This document shows, piece by piece, positions 24,651-37,346 of a stretch of DNA of 64,000 nt (positions within the stretch are counted from its first letter, which is position 1; every line of letters starts with the position of its first letter). The notes beneath the pieces are model-generated. The model was given only the letters and a program-made list of their open reading frames with translations. It had not been told where the DNA came from and did no database searches. Source of the DNA: Squalus acanthias (taxonomy: Eukaryota). The position numbers were made by a program, and so were the translations under genes. The stretch covers positions 152,398,001 to 152,462,000 of the forward strand of contig CM059431.1 in the NCBI GenBank assembly GCA_030390025.1. Direction: 5' to 3'.

Positions 24651-25971
24651 TGTGAAAAAGTGTTTCTGAACTTCTCCCCTGAATAGCCTGGCTCCGATTT
24701 TAAGGTTGTCCTAGAATCCCCCACCAACGGGAAAAAAGTTTCCCTCTATCTACCCTATCAAAATCCTAAAAACCTCAATCAAATCACCACTTAACCATCG
24801 ATATTCCAGGGAATACAAGCCGAGTTTGTGCAATCGCCGCATAATCTAACCCTTGGAGTCCTGGTATCATTCGGCACTCCTTCAAAGGCCAGTATATCGT
24901 AAGATGCAGTGCCCAGAACTGTACACGGTACGCCAAATGTGGTCTAACCAGGGCTTTGTATAGCAAAAGTTCCTCCTCTCACATTGATAGTGGGATTATG
25001 AACGTGATTAATACTTCCTTTCCCTCGAGTACTGACACTGCCTCACACACTGATACCCAGGCTAACATATTAATTCTTTCAACCCAACAGTACTGATCCT
25101 GCCTCACCCCCCCAACAGTATTAACTATATACCCGCTCAACTACTGAGTGTATTAATACTCAACCGCTCGATTACTGACAGTAGGCTCGCTGCTGTATAA
25201 TAGCTTGGGGGGGGGGGCACAGCTTCACAAAATATTACAAGCAGCACCTCAGTTGCATCAGGATGCAAAAAACACGAATAGAACTTTAGGATTTTATCTC
25301 TAGGGGTATAGAATATAAAAGCCAAGTAATAATGGGCCTACAGAAAACCTTAGTAATGCCTCAGTTAGAGCACTGTTGGCAGTCTTGGGCTCCGCACTAT
25401 ATTGTGGCTTCAGAGAGGGTACAATGCACATTGCACCAAGATGAAACCTGGTGTGAGGAAATGCGAATGCGAACAAAGACTTGAAAAAGTAGATCTTTTA
25501 TCGTTATAATGCAGATGACTGGGTAGATAGAAGTAGACGGATTCATAGAATGACAGACTTTACAGCACAGAAACAGGCCATTCGGCCCAACTGGTCCGTG
25601 CCGGTGTACATGCTCCACATGAGCCTCCTCCCACCCTTCGTCATCTCACCCATCAACATATCCTTCTATTCCTTTCTCCCTCAAGCACTTATATAGCTTC
25701 CCATTAAATGCCTCGACGCTATTCACCTCAACCACTCCCTGTGGTAGCGAGTTCCACATTCTCACCACTCTCTGGGTAAAGAAGTTTCTCCTGAATTCCC
25801 GATTGGATTTATTTGTGACTATCTTGTATTTATGGCCCCAAGTTTTGGTCTCCCCCACAAGTGGAAACATCGAGCTATTCGAACCATTTCATAATCTTAA
25901 AGACCTCTATCAAGTCAGTACGCAGCCTTCTCTTTTCTAGACAAAGAGCCCCGGCCGGTTCAATCTTTCCT

Positions 25972-27145
25972 GCTCAAACATGGACAAAGGAGCTGAATTC
26001 CAGAGGTGAGGTGAGAGCGGCTGCCCTTGACATCAAGGCAGCATTTGACCGAGTGTGGCATCAAGGAGCCCCAGTAAAACTGAAATCAATGGGAATCGGG
26101 GGGAAAACTCTCCACTGGCTGGAGTCATACCTAGTACAAAGGAAGATGGTTGTGGTGATTGAAGGTCAATCATCACAGCTGCAGGAGTTCCTCAGGGCAG
26201 TGTCCTCGGCCCAACCATCTTCAGCTGCTTCATCAATGACCTTCCCTCCATCATAAGGTCAGAAGTGAGGATGATCACTGATGACTGCACAGTGTTCAGC
26301 GCCATTCACAACTCCTCAGATAACAAAGCAGTCCATGCCCACATGCAGCAAGACCTGGACGACGTTCAGGCTTGGGCTGATAAGTGGAAAGTAACATTCG
26401 CGCCACAGAAGTGCCAGGCAATGACTATCTCCAACAAGCGAGAGTCTAACCACCTCCCCTTGACATTCAATGGCATTACCATCGCCGAATCTCCCATCAA
26501 TATCCTGGGGGGTCACCATTGACCAGAAACTTAACTGGACCAGCCACATCAATACTGTGGCAACAAGAGCAGGTCAGAGGCTGGGTATTCTGCAGCGAGT
26601 GTCTTAGCTCCCGACTCCCCAAAGCCTTTCCACCATCTACAAGGCACAAGTCAGGCGTGTGATGGAATACTCTCCACTTGCCTGGATGAGTGCAGCTCCA
26701 ACAACACAAGAAGCTCGACACTATCCAGGACAAAGCAGCCCACTTGATTGGCACCCCATCCACTGCCTCCACCACCGGCGTACCGTGGCTGCAGTGTATA
26801 CCATCTGCAAGATGCACTGCAGCAACTCGCCAAGGCATCTTCAGCAGCACCTCCCAAACCCGCAACCACTTCCACCTAAAAGGACAAGGGCAGCAGGCAC
26901 ATGGAAACACCACCAACTCCAAGTTCCCCTCCAAGTCACACACCATCCTGACTTAGAAGTATATCGCCGATCCTTCATCGTCACTGGGTCAAAATCCTGG
27001 AACTCCCTACCTAACAGCACTGTGGGAGGACCTTCACCACACGGACTGCAGCGGTTCACCACCACCTTCTCAAGGGCAATTAGGAATGGGCAATAAATGC
27101 TGGCCTTGCCAGCGATGCCCACATCCCATAAACAAATAAAAAAAG
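25972..27145 (+). mobile_element. Same non-LTR family, RT to 3' end
   Basis: ALDIKAAFDRVWH, TDDCT; 3' UTR matches 13680-13900 and 46150-46370. Confidence 0.85.
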
Positions 27146-28221
27146 ATACGGAGGGTTACTGCCCATATTAATACTGGCCCTCAGATACTGAGAGTTACAG
27201 ACAGTATTAATAATGCCCCATAGATGCTGAGGCTAACTGAGTATAAGTAATACCGCCGCCCCTCACACAGATATGGAGGATAACAAGCATTAATATTCCA
27301 CTGTCCCTCAGATACTGAAGGCTACTGACCATATTAATACTGCCCCTCAGATAATGAGGGTAAATGACGGTATCTGAGAGGGGCAGTATTAATACAGATA
27401 CAGAAGGTTACTGACAGTATTAATGCTCCAACATCCCTTATAGATACAGAGTCTTAATAGTATTAATACTACCCTGCAGATACTGAGGGCTAATACAGCA
27501 TTAATACTGCTCCACACAAAAACTGAGGGTAACTGACAGTATTAATACACCTCCCCTAACAAACAGACAGTATTAATACACGCCCCCAACAGACTATTAA
27601 TACACCCCTCCAACACACACAGTATTAATACACCCCCCAACAGACAGTATTAATACACCCCCAACCTCCCCCAATACAGACAGTATTAATACACCCCCCA
27701 ACACACACACACTGACTGTGTGTTGGGGGTGTGTATTAATACTGTCAGTGTGTGTGTGTGTTGTGGGTGTATTAATACTGACAATATTAATACACCCCCC
27801 CAACAGACAGTAATACACCCCCAACAGACAGTAATACACCCCCTCTAACACACTGACATGAATACACACCCCGAACACCCCCCAACACAGTATTAATACA
27901 CCCCACCAACAGACAGTATTAATACCCTCTCTAACACGCACACACGCTGACAGTATTAATACACCCCCAACACACTGACAGTATTGATACAATACACCCG
28001 CAACACACACACGCTGACAGTATTAATACACCCCCAAGACAGTAATACACCCCCCTAACAGACATTAATAGACACCCCTAACACCCCAACACAGACAGTA
28101 TTAATACACCCCACCGACAGTATTAATACACCCCCCCCAACAGACAGTATTAATACCCCCCTCTCACGCGCACACACTGACAGTATTAATACACCCCCCC
28201 AACACACACACACTGACAATA

Positions 28222-29778
28222 TCATAGAATCATAGAAGATAGGAGCAGGAGTAGGCCATTCGGCCCCTCTAGCCTGCTCCACCATTCAATGCGATCATTG
28301 CTGATCATCCAAATTCAGTACCCTGTCCCTGCTTTCTCCCCATATCCCTTTAGCCTTAAGAAATATATCCAACTCCTTCTTGAATCTATTTAATGAATTG
28401 GCCTCTTCTGCCTTCTGTGGCAGAGAATTCCAGAGGTTCACCACTCTCTGGGTGAAGAAATTCCTCCTCATTTCTGTCCTAAATGGCTTACCCTTTATCC
28501 TTAGACTGTGACCCCTGGTTCTGGACTCCCCGACCATCAGGAACATCCTTCCTGCATCTAGTTTGTCCTGTCCTGTCAGAATTTTATAAGTTTCAATGAG
28601 ATCCCCTCTCATTCTTCTAAACTCCAGCGAGTATAAGCCCAATCGACCAATCTCTCTTCATACGTCATTCCTGCCATCCCAGGTATCAGCCTTACACACA
28701 GAATACACAGAATCCCCACAGTGCAAATCGAGGCCATTTCGGCCCATCGAGCCTGCACCGACACATATCCCAGCCTATCCCCGTAACCCCACGTATTTAA
28801 TCCCCCTAACACTAAGGGTCAATTTATCATAGCCAAATCAACCTAACCCGCACATCTTTGGACTGTGGGAGGAAACCGGAGCACCCGGAGGAAACCCACG
28901 CAGACACGGGGAGAATGTGCAAACTCCACACAGACAGTCACCCGAGGCCGGATTCGAACCCGGATCCCTGGCCCTGTGAGGTAACAGTGCTATCCACTAT
29001 GCCACCGTGTTGCCCTTGTGAATCTTCGCTGAACTCCTTCCATGGCAAGAACATCCTTCCTCAGATAAGGCAACCAAAACTGCACACAGTACTCAAGGTG
29101 TGGTCTCACCAAGGCCCTGTACAACTGCAGCAAGACATCCTTGTTCCTATACTCAAACCCTCTCGCTATGAAGCCCAACATACCATTTGCCTTCTTAACC
29201 GCCTGCTGCACCTGCATGCTTACCTTCAGCGACTGGTGCACAAGGACACCCAGGTCTCGTTGCACTTCCCCTTCTCCCACTCTATTGCCATTCAGATAAT
29301 AATCTGCCTTTCTGTTTTTGACACCAAAGTGGATCCACGTTATATTGCATCTGTCACGCTTCTGCCCAATTACCCAACCTGTCCAAATCATCCTGGAGTT
29401 TCTCGGCATCCTCCTCGCAGCACACACGCCCACCCAGTTTTGTGTCGTCTGCAAACTTGGAGATATTACATCTAGTTCCCTTGTCTAGATCATTAATATA
29501 TATTGTGAATAGCTGGGGTCCAAGGACTGATCCCTGCGGTACCCCACTAGTCACTGCCTGCCACTCGGAAAAAGACCCGTTTATTGCAACTCTTTGCTTT
29601 CTGTCTGCCAACCAGTTTTCTATCCAAGTCAATACCTTGCCCCCAATCCCATGTGCCTTAACTTTACACGCTAATCTCTTATGCGGGACCTTATCAAATG
29701 CCTTTTGGAAGTCCAAATACACCACATCCACTGGTTCTCCCTTATCTATTTTACCAGTTACATCCTCAAAAAATTCCC
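28222..29778 (-). mobile_element. 5'-truncated CR1 LINE, same subfamily as 14606-15717, interrupted by a V-SINE
   Basis: [27 protein letters not shown]; long stretches closely match 14606-15717. Confidence 0.93.
28694..29014 (-). mobile_element. HE1-like V-SINE nested in a CR1 copy; short CTT/CCTT duplication
   Basis: Same head and V domain as 7189-7617. The host CR1 reads cagccttgtg in the uninterrupted sister copy near 15077. Confidence 0.9.
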
Positions 29779-30099
29779 AACACACACACACTGACAGTAT
29801 TAATACAAAAATCAGAAGTCGCACAACACCAGGTTATAGTCCAACAGATGTATTTAATTTTACAAGCTTAATACAGGCAGTATTAATAAACACACCCCCT
29901 AACATACACTGATAGTATTAATACAGATAGTATTAATAAACACCCCCCCTAACACAGACAGTATTAATACCCCTCTCTGACCCACACACACTGACAGTAT
30001 TAATGCCTCTCTGACCCACACACACTGACAGTATTAAATCCCCTCTCTGACCCACACACACTATTACTGACACTATTCCCACTGTCCAGCCTCCCTCCC

Positions 30100-31450
30100 T
30101 CCCTCTTCTCTCGGACACTCACCTGCTGACGCTCCCGGCCCGAGGCCCCGCTCCTAGCCCTGCCCCGGGCCCTGGCTCTGGCTTGTGCCCGCTCTCGCTA
30201 CCGCTCCTGTTCCTCCTCCTCCTCCTGCTGGACTTCCACCTCCACCTCCACCTCCTCCTCCTCCTCCTCTCCTTCCTCCTGCTTGACCAGGCAGGGCGCG
30301 GCCAGGCCGAGAGCCGAGGCCTGCTGCTGCTGCTGCTGCTGGTTCTGCCTCCTCCTCCTCCTCCTCCTCCTGCCGACCCCCGGGCCCGGGACAGCTCGGT
30401 GACACTGAGCCGCCGCCATCTTCTCCAGAGTCTCCGCCAAACACACACAAAAAAAAACCGCCACCGCCAGAGCGCGCACGCACGTACAGACAGACGCGAG
30501 CGGGCACGCCCTCCAAACACCCGAGCACGCCGCCTCTCTTTGTCTGCCAGAGCCCTGCGCCTGCGTCAATCGGGGGTAACCGGGGACCCGCCCCCCACTT
30601 TTATGCCCTCCGCACGCACGCAGGCGCGCAATCGTCGCCGCTGGCAACAAACGCCGTGAGTGACAGCCCTGCGGCCCCCGCCCACCGCACGCCAGCGTCA
30701 CCCCCTGACACTCGCTCGTGAGTGAGTGACAGATCCCGGGGCCCTGCCTCTGCACTCAGTCGTCACCCCTGACAACCGCGCCTTGAATGACAGATTGCGG
30801 CCCCGCCCATCGCCCCTCAGCGCGGCCGCCGCCGAACGGGTGACTGACAGATGGAGCAGCATTGAGACCCCGCCCCTTCCACCGCACCCGCCCCTCATCT
30901 CCCGGGCAACAGTGAGTGACAGCAAGGACCCGCCTAACACCCCGCCCACCGACCCGCGCCTCCTCTCTCTCTCTCTCTCTCTCTCTGTCTCCCTGACAAC
31001 CGGACGGTGAGTGGCCCGGCATCGAGTGACTGACAGAAGGAGCAGCCTTGAGACCCCGCCCCTCATCTCCCGGGCAACAGTGAATGACAGCAAGGCCCTG
31101 CTCTACGCCCCGTCTACCCCCCCGCCCCCCCCTGTCTCCTGTCGCCCCTGACAACCAGAGAGCCTGACCCCAAGGGGTCACTGGGCACTTTTTCCATTTG
31201 ATGATAAAAATCCTAGAATGTCCCAGCACCAGGAAGGTGGCCGTGGGCTGTGGCGGTGGAGAGTGTTGCGCGGGGGGCGCTCGTGTGCAATGGGTTTTTG
31301 GACAATGTCCGCGGGGCCGCCTGTCGCTCTGGCGGTCTGGAAGAGTCGATGGAGCGTCTCCCAAACTGGGCTGCCCGTGTCCTAGCTCGCACCATGTCCC
31401 CTTCACCCACCCCGCCCTGTGCTCGCCCACCTACATCGGCTCCTGGTCCC
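30100..31450. promoter_or_regulatory. CpG-island promoter with a YY1-type site, GC boxes and seven TGAnTGACAG decamers
   Basis: High CpG density; AAGATGGCGGC on minus near 30412-30422; several CCCCGCCC; decamers at 30657, 30723, 30784, 30841, 30913, 31027, 31081. Confidence 0.75.
30123..30419 (-). pseudogene. First coding-type exon in a CpG island (possibly the upstream exon of the ZFP91-like unit) with an in-frame TAG
   Basis: AAGATGGCGGCG start context; MAAAQCHRAV..VKQEEGEEEEEEVEVEVEVQQEEEEEQER* with TAG at 30198-30200; the frame continues RERAQARAR..RQQ to a consensus donor CAG|gtgagt at 30122. Confidence 0.55.
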
Positions 31451-31894
31451 TCAACGCCTCGATTTTAAATTTCTCATCCTTGTTTTCAAATCCCACCAGG
31501 GCCTCGCCCCTCCCTCCCTCCCGATCTCTGTAATCTCCTTCAGTCCTACAACACCCTCCCCCCGAGATCTCTGCGCTCCTCTAATTCTGGCCTCTTGACC
31601 ATCCCTGATTAGAATCGCTCCACCATTGGCGGCCGTGTCTTCTGTTGCCTGGGCCCTAAGCTCTGGAATTCCCTCCCTAAGCCTCTCTACCTCTCTTCCC
31701 TCCTTGAAGTCGCTCCTTATAACCTACCTCTCCTGATAACCTTCCTCTTTGACCAAGCTTTTGGTCACCTGCCCTAATATCTCCTTTCGTGGCCCGGTGT
31801 CAAATTTCTCTTGATAACGCTCCGTGAAGCGCCTTGGGATGTTTTACTACGTTAAAGGCGCTGTATAAATGCAAGTTGTTGTTGTTGTTGTTGT

Positions 31895-32295
31895 CTACGT
31901 GGAGTGTGAGCGGTTGCAGCCCCTCTTCCACGACTTGAAGGGGCTGCTCCTCAACCTCTGGCTGCGCTTCAGTCCCCACTCTCCTAATCTTCGGCCACCC
32001 GGTGTGGAGGAGGTGGGGGGGAACGGCCAGGCCGGAGGACCTCCTCGTGTATCGGCTCCAAGTTATCCATCGACAGGTCCAGCAGAGCAGGGTTGAGGAC
32101 ACGCTCCGTCCCGGTGCCCTGCCTCCCTTCAGCGGCTACGTCCCCGCCCGGATATCCCTGGAGCGAGAGCAGGCGGTGTCTGCCGGTACCCTTGAGACTT
32201 TCCGTGACCGGTGGGCACCGGAGGGCCTGGAGTGCATCATTGACCCGGCCAATAACGTTATCAGTTAACCTTTTTTTCTGTTTTTTATTTATTTA
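31895..32295 (+). mobile_element. Tx1/L1-clade LINE 3' fragment
   Basis: YVECERLQPLF..FSPT, LEREQAVSAGTLETFRDRWAP; T-rich 3' UTR. Confidence 0.65.
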
Positions 32296-33675
32296 TGCAG
32301 CGAAGGTTCCTGGGATGGCAGGACTGTCGTATGAGGAGAGATTGGGTCGACTCGGCCTGTATTCACTAGAGTTTAGAAGAATGAGAGGGGCTGTCATTGA
32401 AACGTATAAAATTCTGACAGGTCTAGACAGACTGGATGCAGGGAGAATGTTTCCCCTGGCTGGGGGTGTCTACAACGAGGGGTCACAGTCACAGGATACG
32501 GGGGAGGACATTTAGGACTGAGATGAGGAGAAATTTCTTCACTCAGAGGGTGGTGAACCTGTGGAATTCTCTACCACAGAAAGCTGTGGAGGCCAAGTCA
32601 CTGAATATATTGAAGAAGGAGATAGATAGATTTCTAGACACAAAAGGCATCAAGGGGTATGGGGAGAGAGCGGGAATATGGTATTGAGATAGAGGATCAG
32701 CCATGATCATATTGAATGGCAGAGCAGGCTCAAAGGGCCGAATGGCCGACTCCTGCTCCTATTTTTCTATGTTTTTATTTTTCTTTCTACTGATCAACTT
32801 GGACTTTTTTTTCTGTTTGTGCCCCCTTAAAAAGGGGGCACATTTGTTCATTTGAATTTGATTTGTGACATCGTAACCCCCCACCGACCAAGTAAAAGAA
32901 AAGAAGGAGGCCATTCAGCCCATCATGCTTGTCCCTGCTCTTTGAAAGAGCTGTCCATGTAGTCCCTGCTCTTTCCTCATAACCCTGCAAATTTTCCCCT
33001 TTCAAGTATTTATCCAATTCCCTTTTGGAAGTGACTATTGAATCCCTTTCAGGCAGCACATTCCAGATCACAGCAACTCACTACGTAAAATATATTTCCT
33101 CATGTTCTTTTGCCAATCATCTTAATTCTGTGACCTCTGGTTACCGATCCTTTGGCCGCTGGGAACGGTTCCTCCTTGTTTACACTATCAAAACCGTTCA
33201 CGATTTTGGACACCTCTATCAATTCTCTCCTTAACCTTCTCTGCTCCAAGGAGAACAATCCGAGCTTCTCCAGTCTCTCCATACAACTAAAGTTCCTCAT
33301 CCCTGGTACCATTCTAGTAAATCTCTTCTGCACCCTTTCTAAGGCCCTGACATCATTCCTAAAATGTGGTGCCCAGAATTTACTGAGTACGGAATACTCC
33401 TCCTTCTCTGTCTTACTCAATCTCTCCATCTCTATGTCTCTCTCTCAGTCAATCTCTCTCTGCCTCCCTCTGTGTCTCTGTCTCTCTCAAAATTTGCAGA
33501 TGACACCAAATTGGGGGGTATAGTCAATACCGAAGAAGACTGCAACAAAACACAAGAAGACATTAATAAATGTGCAGAATTGGGCGTTTAATTGGCAAAT
33601 TAATTTCAATATAGATAAGAGTGAAGTGATGCACTTTGTTAGGAATGATAAGGAGGCTCCATCGTGGAAAATGAC

Positions 33676-34366
33676 GGGGATAAATTAGTTTGCATTGCGC
33701 CTCCCATTAGGGCCCCGAGGGGGCGTAAAGCGCCGAGCACCCGGGCACGGCGCCGCTGACGCCTCCCGCGAAATTCAGCAGGAGGGTAGTGGCGGCGGTA
33801 GCTGGTAGCGCCCCATGTCACTGCGCCTCCGGTGATGGTGTACCGCATGCGCCCCGGCCACCTACTTTGCTCGCGCCCCCTGACCTACCGTCGGACGCTG
33901 TGTCCGACAGGGTCAGTGTGCCGCGTTTGTGGCTGGGCTGGCGTAAATTGACGAGCAGGTGCCGGGCGGCCATTCAGTTTTGGGGCCGCCAGCCAGCACC
34001 TGCCCCCTTTCGCCTCCTCCTGCAGGGTGCCGGCCGTGATCGGGACCCCCGGCGTCCTCTTGAGTGCCGGGCTCTTTTGCTGGCCCCCCGCTCCCCGGGT
34101 GTCCGGCAGGGCTGCATTAGGCCCCGTCCCCTTTAATCAGGGGAGGGAGGCCTGTAGTACCGCGGCGCTACGTGTCGACGCGCGTGGCGCTTCAGCACGT
34201 AGCGCCGCGATATGAAGTGGGAGCGCTCCAAGTAGCGCCCTGCCTCCTGCTTGGGGCGCTACCATTCCATTTCCAGCGCGGGGGAGCTAACTTTTTCAGG
34301 GCGCTAAAAGTAGCACCCCCCGGGCGAAGTTAGCCCCCCAAAGGGGGCGCGACCCAATTTTTCCCT
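33676..34366. mobile_element. GC/CpG-rich MITE inserted in a CR1
   Basis: Imperfect TIRs GGGGATAAATT / AATTTTTCCC; CR1 sequence resumes on both sides; right end homologous (inverted) to 42149-42300. Confidence 0.7.
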
Positions 34367-35024
34367 TTAAGAGTCTCAATGGGGTAGAGGAGCGAAGGGA
34401 TCTAGAGGTACAGATACACAAATATCTAGAAGTAGCAACACAAGTTAACAAGGCCATAAAAAAGCAAATGAAAAGCAGAGAAGTTCTGCTAAACTTGGAT
34501 AGATCCTTGGTTAGACCACACTTGTTCTGGTCTCCATATCATAAAGGAGGTGGAGGCACTGAAGGTGGTGCAAAAATGTTTGACAAGGATGAAAACTATC
34601 AGGAAAGATTGAACAGGCTGGGTCTCTATTCTGGAGAAAGGAGAAGGGTGACCTGATAGAGCTCTTCAAGATGATGAAAGGATTTGATGCGGGAGGTGTA
34701 GAGAAGATGTTTCCACTTATGGAGGAGAACAAAACCAGGGGTCATCAATATAATAAATCCAATAAGGAATTAAGGAGAAAATTCTTTACTCAGAGAGTTG
34801 TAAGAATCTGGAATGTGCTACCACAAGGTGTAGTTGAGCTGAATAGCAGAGATACATTTAAGGGGAAGCTAGATAAGTACATGAGGGAGAAAGGAATCGA
34901 AGGATGTACTGATAGGATGAGATGCATTGAGTGGAAGGAGGTTCGTGTGGAGCAGAAACACCAGCGAAGGCCTGTTGGGCCAAATGGCCTGTTTCTGTGC
35001 TGTACATTCTAAGTGACGCTATGG

Positions 35025-35027
<3 letters not shown>

Positions 35028-35068
<41 letters not shown>

Positions 35069-36565
35069 GTCTCTCTCTCTCCCTCCCTTTGTCTTTCTCT
35101 GTCTCTTTCTGTCTCTCTCTCTCTCTGTCTCTCTCTCTCCCTCCCTTTGTCTTTCTCTGTCTCTCTCTCTCTCTCTTTGTGTGTCTCTCTCTCACTTTTT
35201 CTGTCTTACTCTCGGTCTCTCTCTATCTCTTTCTCTCCCTGTCTCTATGCCTCACTCCCCATCTCCTATCTCTCTCGCTTCCCCACCCCTTTTGGCTGAC
35301 GCTCACATCCAGGCAGTGGGCTGCATGAACTGGAAGGTGCTGCTGTAGTTCATACCCAAGATGTAGCGCAGGGATTTGGAACGTGTGTTGCAGGAGGTTG
35401 ATGGCAGGATGTCCACACTGCATTAGCAGGAAGGGCCCAGGCTCCATCACCGCGGTGCCTGTGATGAGTTGTCTGACCCCAGCCGGTGTGGTACTGAGCC
35501 CGCACTGACACACACACACACACATACAGCAGGAAAGGCCCAGGCTCCTTCCCCGGCCTGTGCTGAGTTAGCTGAAATCAGCCTGGATATAGGGGCTGCA
35601 TTGGCCTCTTTGCTCTGGGTGAGAGAGAGAGGGGTGAACTCACCATGGCCCCCTGCTCCTGACCACTGCCCAGTGGCTCCTGCTGGAACATATTCTGCCC
35701 CCCTCTCTAAACCCTGCCCTTCCCCCCGTGTTCTGCTCCCCTCTATAACCCAGCCCTTCCCCCACAGGAGGCTCTGTTTGACCAATCCGCAGTGGCGGCT
35801 CAGTCCTGGAAACTCGCCCACCTGTGACATGTGTGAGATCACATGGCACATTGCCAAACAGAGCGGCCGGTCACACCAGGTGTGAATCTGTTTCAATAAC
35901 TGGGAGTCTAGTCCCAGAGCTGGACGGCACGCTCTCTCTCTCCCCCTCTCACTCTGTTCTGCTGCACTGTTGCTCCTCTCCTATTCTCTCTCTCTCTTTC
36001 TCTATCTCTGTCTCTCACTTTCTCTCTCTTTTTCTCTCCCTCTCATTCTCTCTTTCTCTGTCTCTCTCCTTCTCCTATATTCTCTCTCTGTCTCTCACTT
36101 TCTCTCTTTCTTTCTCTTCCTCTCGTTCTCTCTCTCCTTCTATACTCTCTCCATGTCTCTGTGTCTCTCTCTTTCTCTCCCTCGCATTCTCTCTCTCTGT
36201 CTCTCACTTTCTCTCTCTTTCTCTTCCTCTCGTTCTCTCTCTGTCTCTCTCCTTCTCCTATTCTCTCTCTCTGTCTCTCTTGTTCTATAGTCTCTCCGTG
36301 TCTCTGTGTCTCTCTTTCTCTCCCTCGCATTCTCTCTATCTGTCTCTCACTTTCTTTTTCTCTTCCTCTCATTTTCTCTCGCCTTTCCCTATTCTCTCTC
36401 TCTGTCTCTCTCCTTCTATACTCTCTCTGTGTCTCTCTTTCTCTCCCTCGCATTCTCTCTAACTCTCTGTCTCTCACTTTCTCTCCCTTTCTTTCTCTTC
36501 CTCTCATTCTCTCTCTGTCTCTCTCCTTCTCCTATTCTCTCTCCTTCTATATTCTCTCTGTGTCT
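35028..36565 (+). repeat. CT-rich low-complexity tracts (35028-35280, 35930-36565)
   Basis: (CT)n-derived polypyrimidine. Confidence 0.95.
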
Positions 36566-37305
36566 GTTACATTTATGTGTCAGCTGTGACTCAGTTGGTA
36601 GCACACTTGCCTCTGAGTCAGAAGGTTGTGGATTTAAGTCCCACTCCAGGGACTTGAGCACATCAAGCTAGGCTGACACTCCAGTGCAGTGCTGAGGGAG
36701 TGCTGCACTGTTGGAGGTGCCGTCTTTCAGATGAGACGTTAAACCGAAGCCCCACCTGCTCTCTCAGGTGGACGTAAAAGATCCCATGCACTATTTCGAA
36801 AAAGAGCAGCGGAGCTATCCTTGGTGTCCTGGCCAATATTTATCCCATAACAAAAACAAATTATCGGGTCATTATCACATTGCTGTTTGTGAGACCTTGC
36901 TGTGTGCAGATTGGCTGCAGCATTTCCCACATTACAACAGTGACTCCACTTCAAAAAGTACTTCATTGGCTGTAAAGCGCTTTGAGATGTCCGGTGGTCG
37001 TGAAAGTTGCTATATAAATGCAAGTCTTTCTTTCTTCTCGTTCTCTGTGTCTCTCTCTGTTTCTTTCTCTCTCTATCTGTCTATCAATCTCCCACTGTCG
37101 CTCTCTCAGTCTCTGGGAGTGTTTGAGGGAGTTGGAGCCGGGAGCGCATGCTCTCTGTTCGCTGTTGGCCCCGTGTTAACTCTTCATTCGTTATCTTGCC
37201 TCGGCGGGACTAAACAGAAATATCTGGGAGAGGACTACCTGAAGGATGACCCTGAGGGGAACAACATGCCCAGGTCCAACGAGCTGACGATCACCGTGGA
37301 AACAG
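35308..37305. pseudogene. Three unidentified exon-like islands (about 35308-35426, 35768-35879, 37218-37305); strand ambiguous
   Basis: Unique, coding-like sequence among repeats with plausible splice signals. Plus: RLCLTNPQWRLSPGNSPTCDMCEITWHIAKQSGRSHQ|KYLGEDYLKDDPEGNNMPRSNELTITVET. The first island is open on minus but has three TAGs on plus. Confidence 0.3.
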
Positions 37306-37346
37306 TTCACTCCCCTCTGCTCGGAGCTGCTTTTTGCTGCGATCTC

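Larger units (their letters stand above)
27150..30070 (+). repeat. Variable tandem array built on palindromic GTATTAATAC (27150-28220 and 29780-30070), split by a CR1
   Basis: Repeated ACAGTATTAATACACCCCC units. Confidence 0.85.

Noticed and set aside
33676..34366. Apparent second CpG island or promoter
   Set aside because: Bounded by inverted repeats and inserted in a CR1, so a MITE
35013..36671. Ser/Leu-rich and Arg/Glu-rich ORFs
   Set aside because: (CT)n low-complexity artefacts
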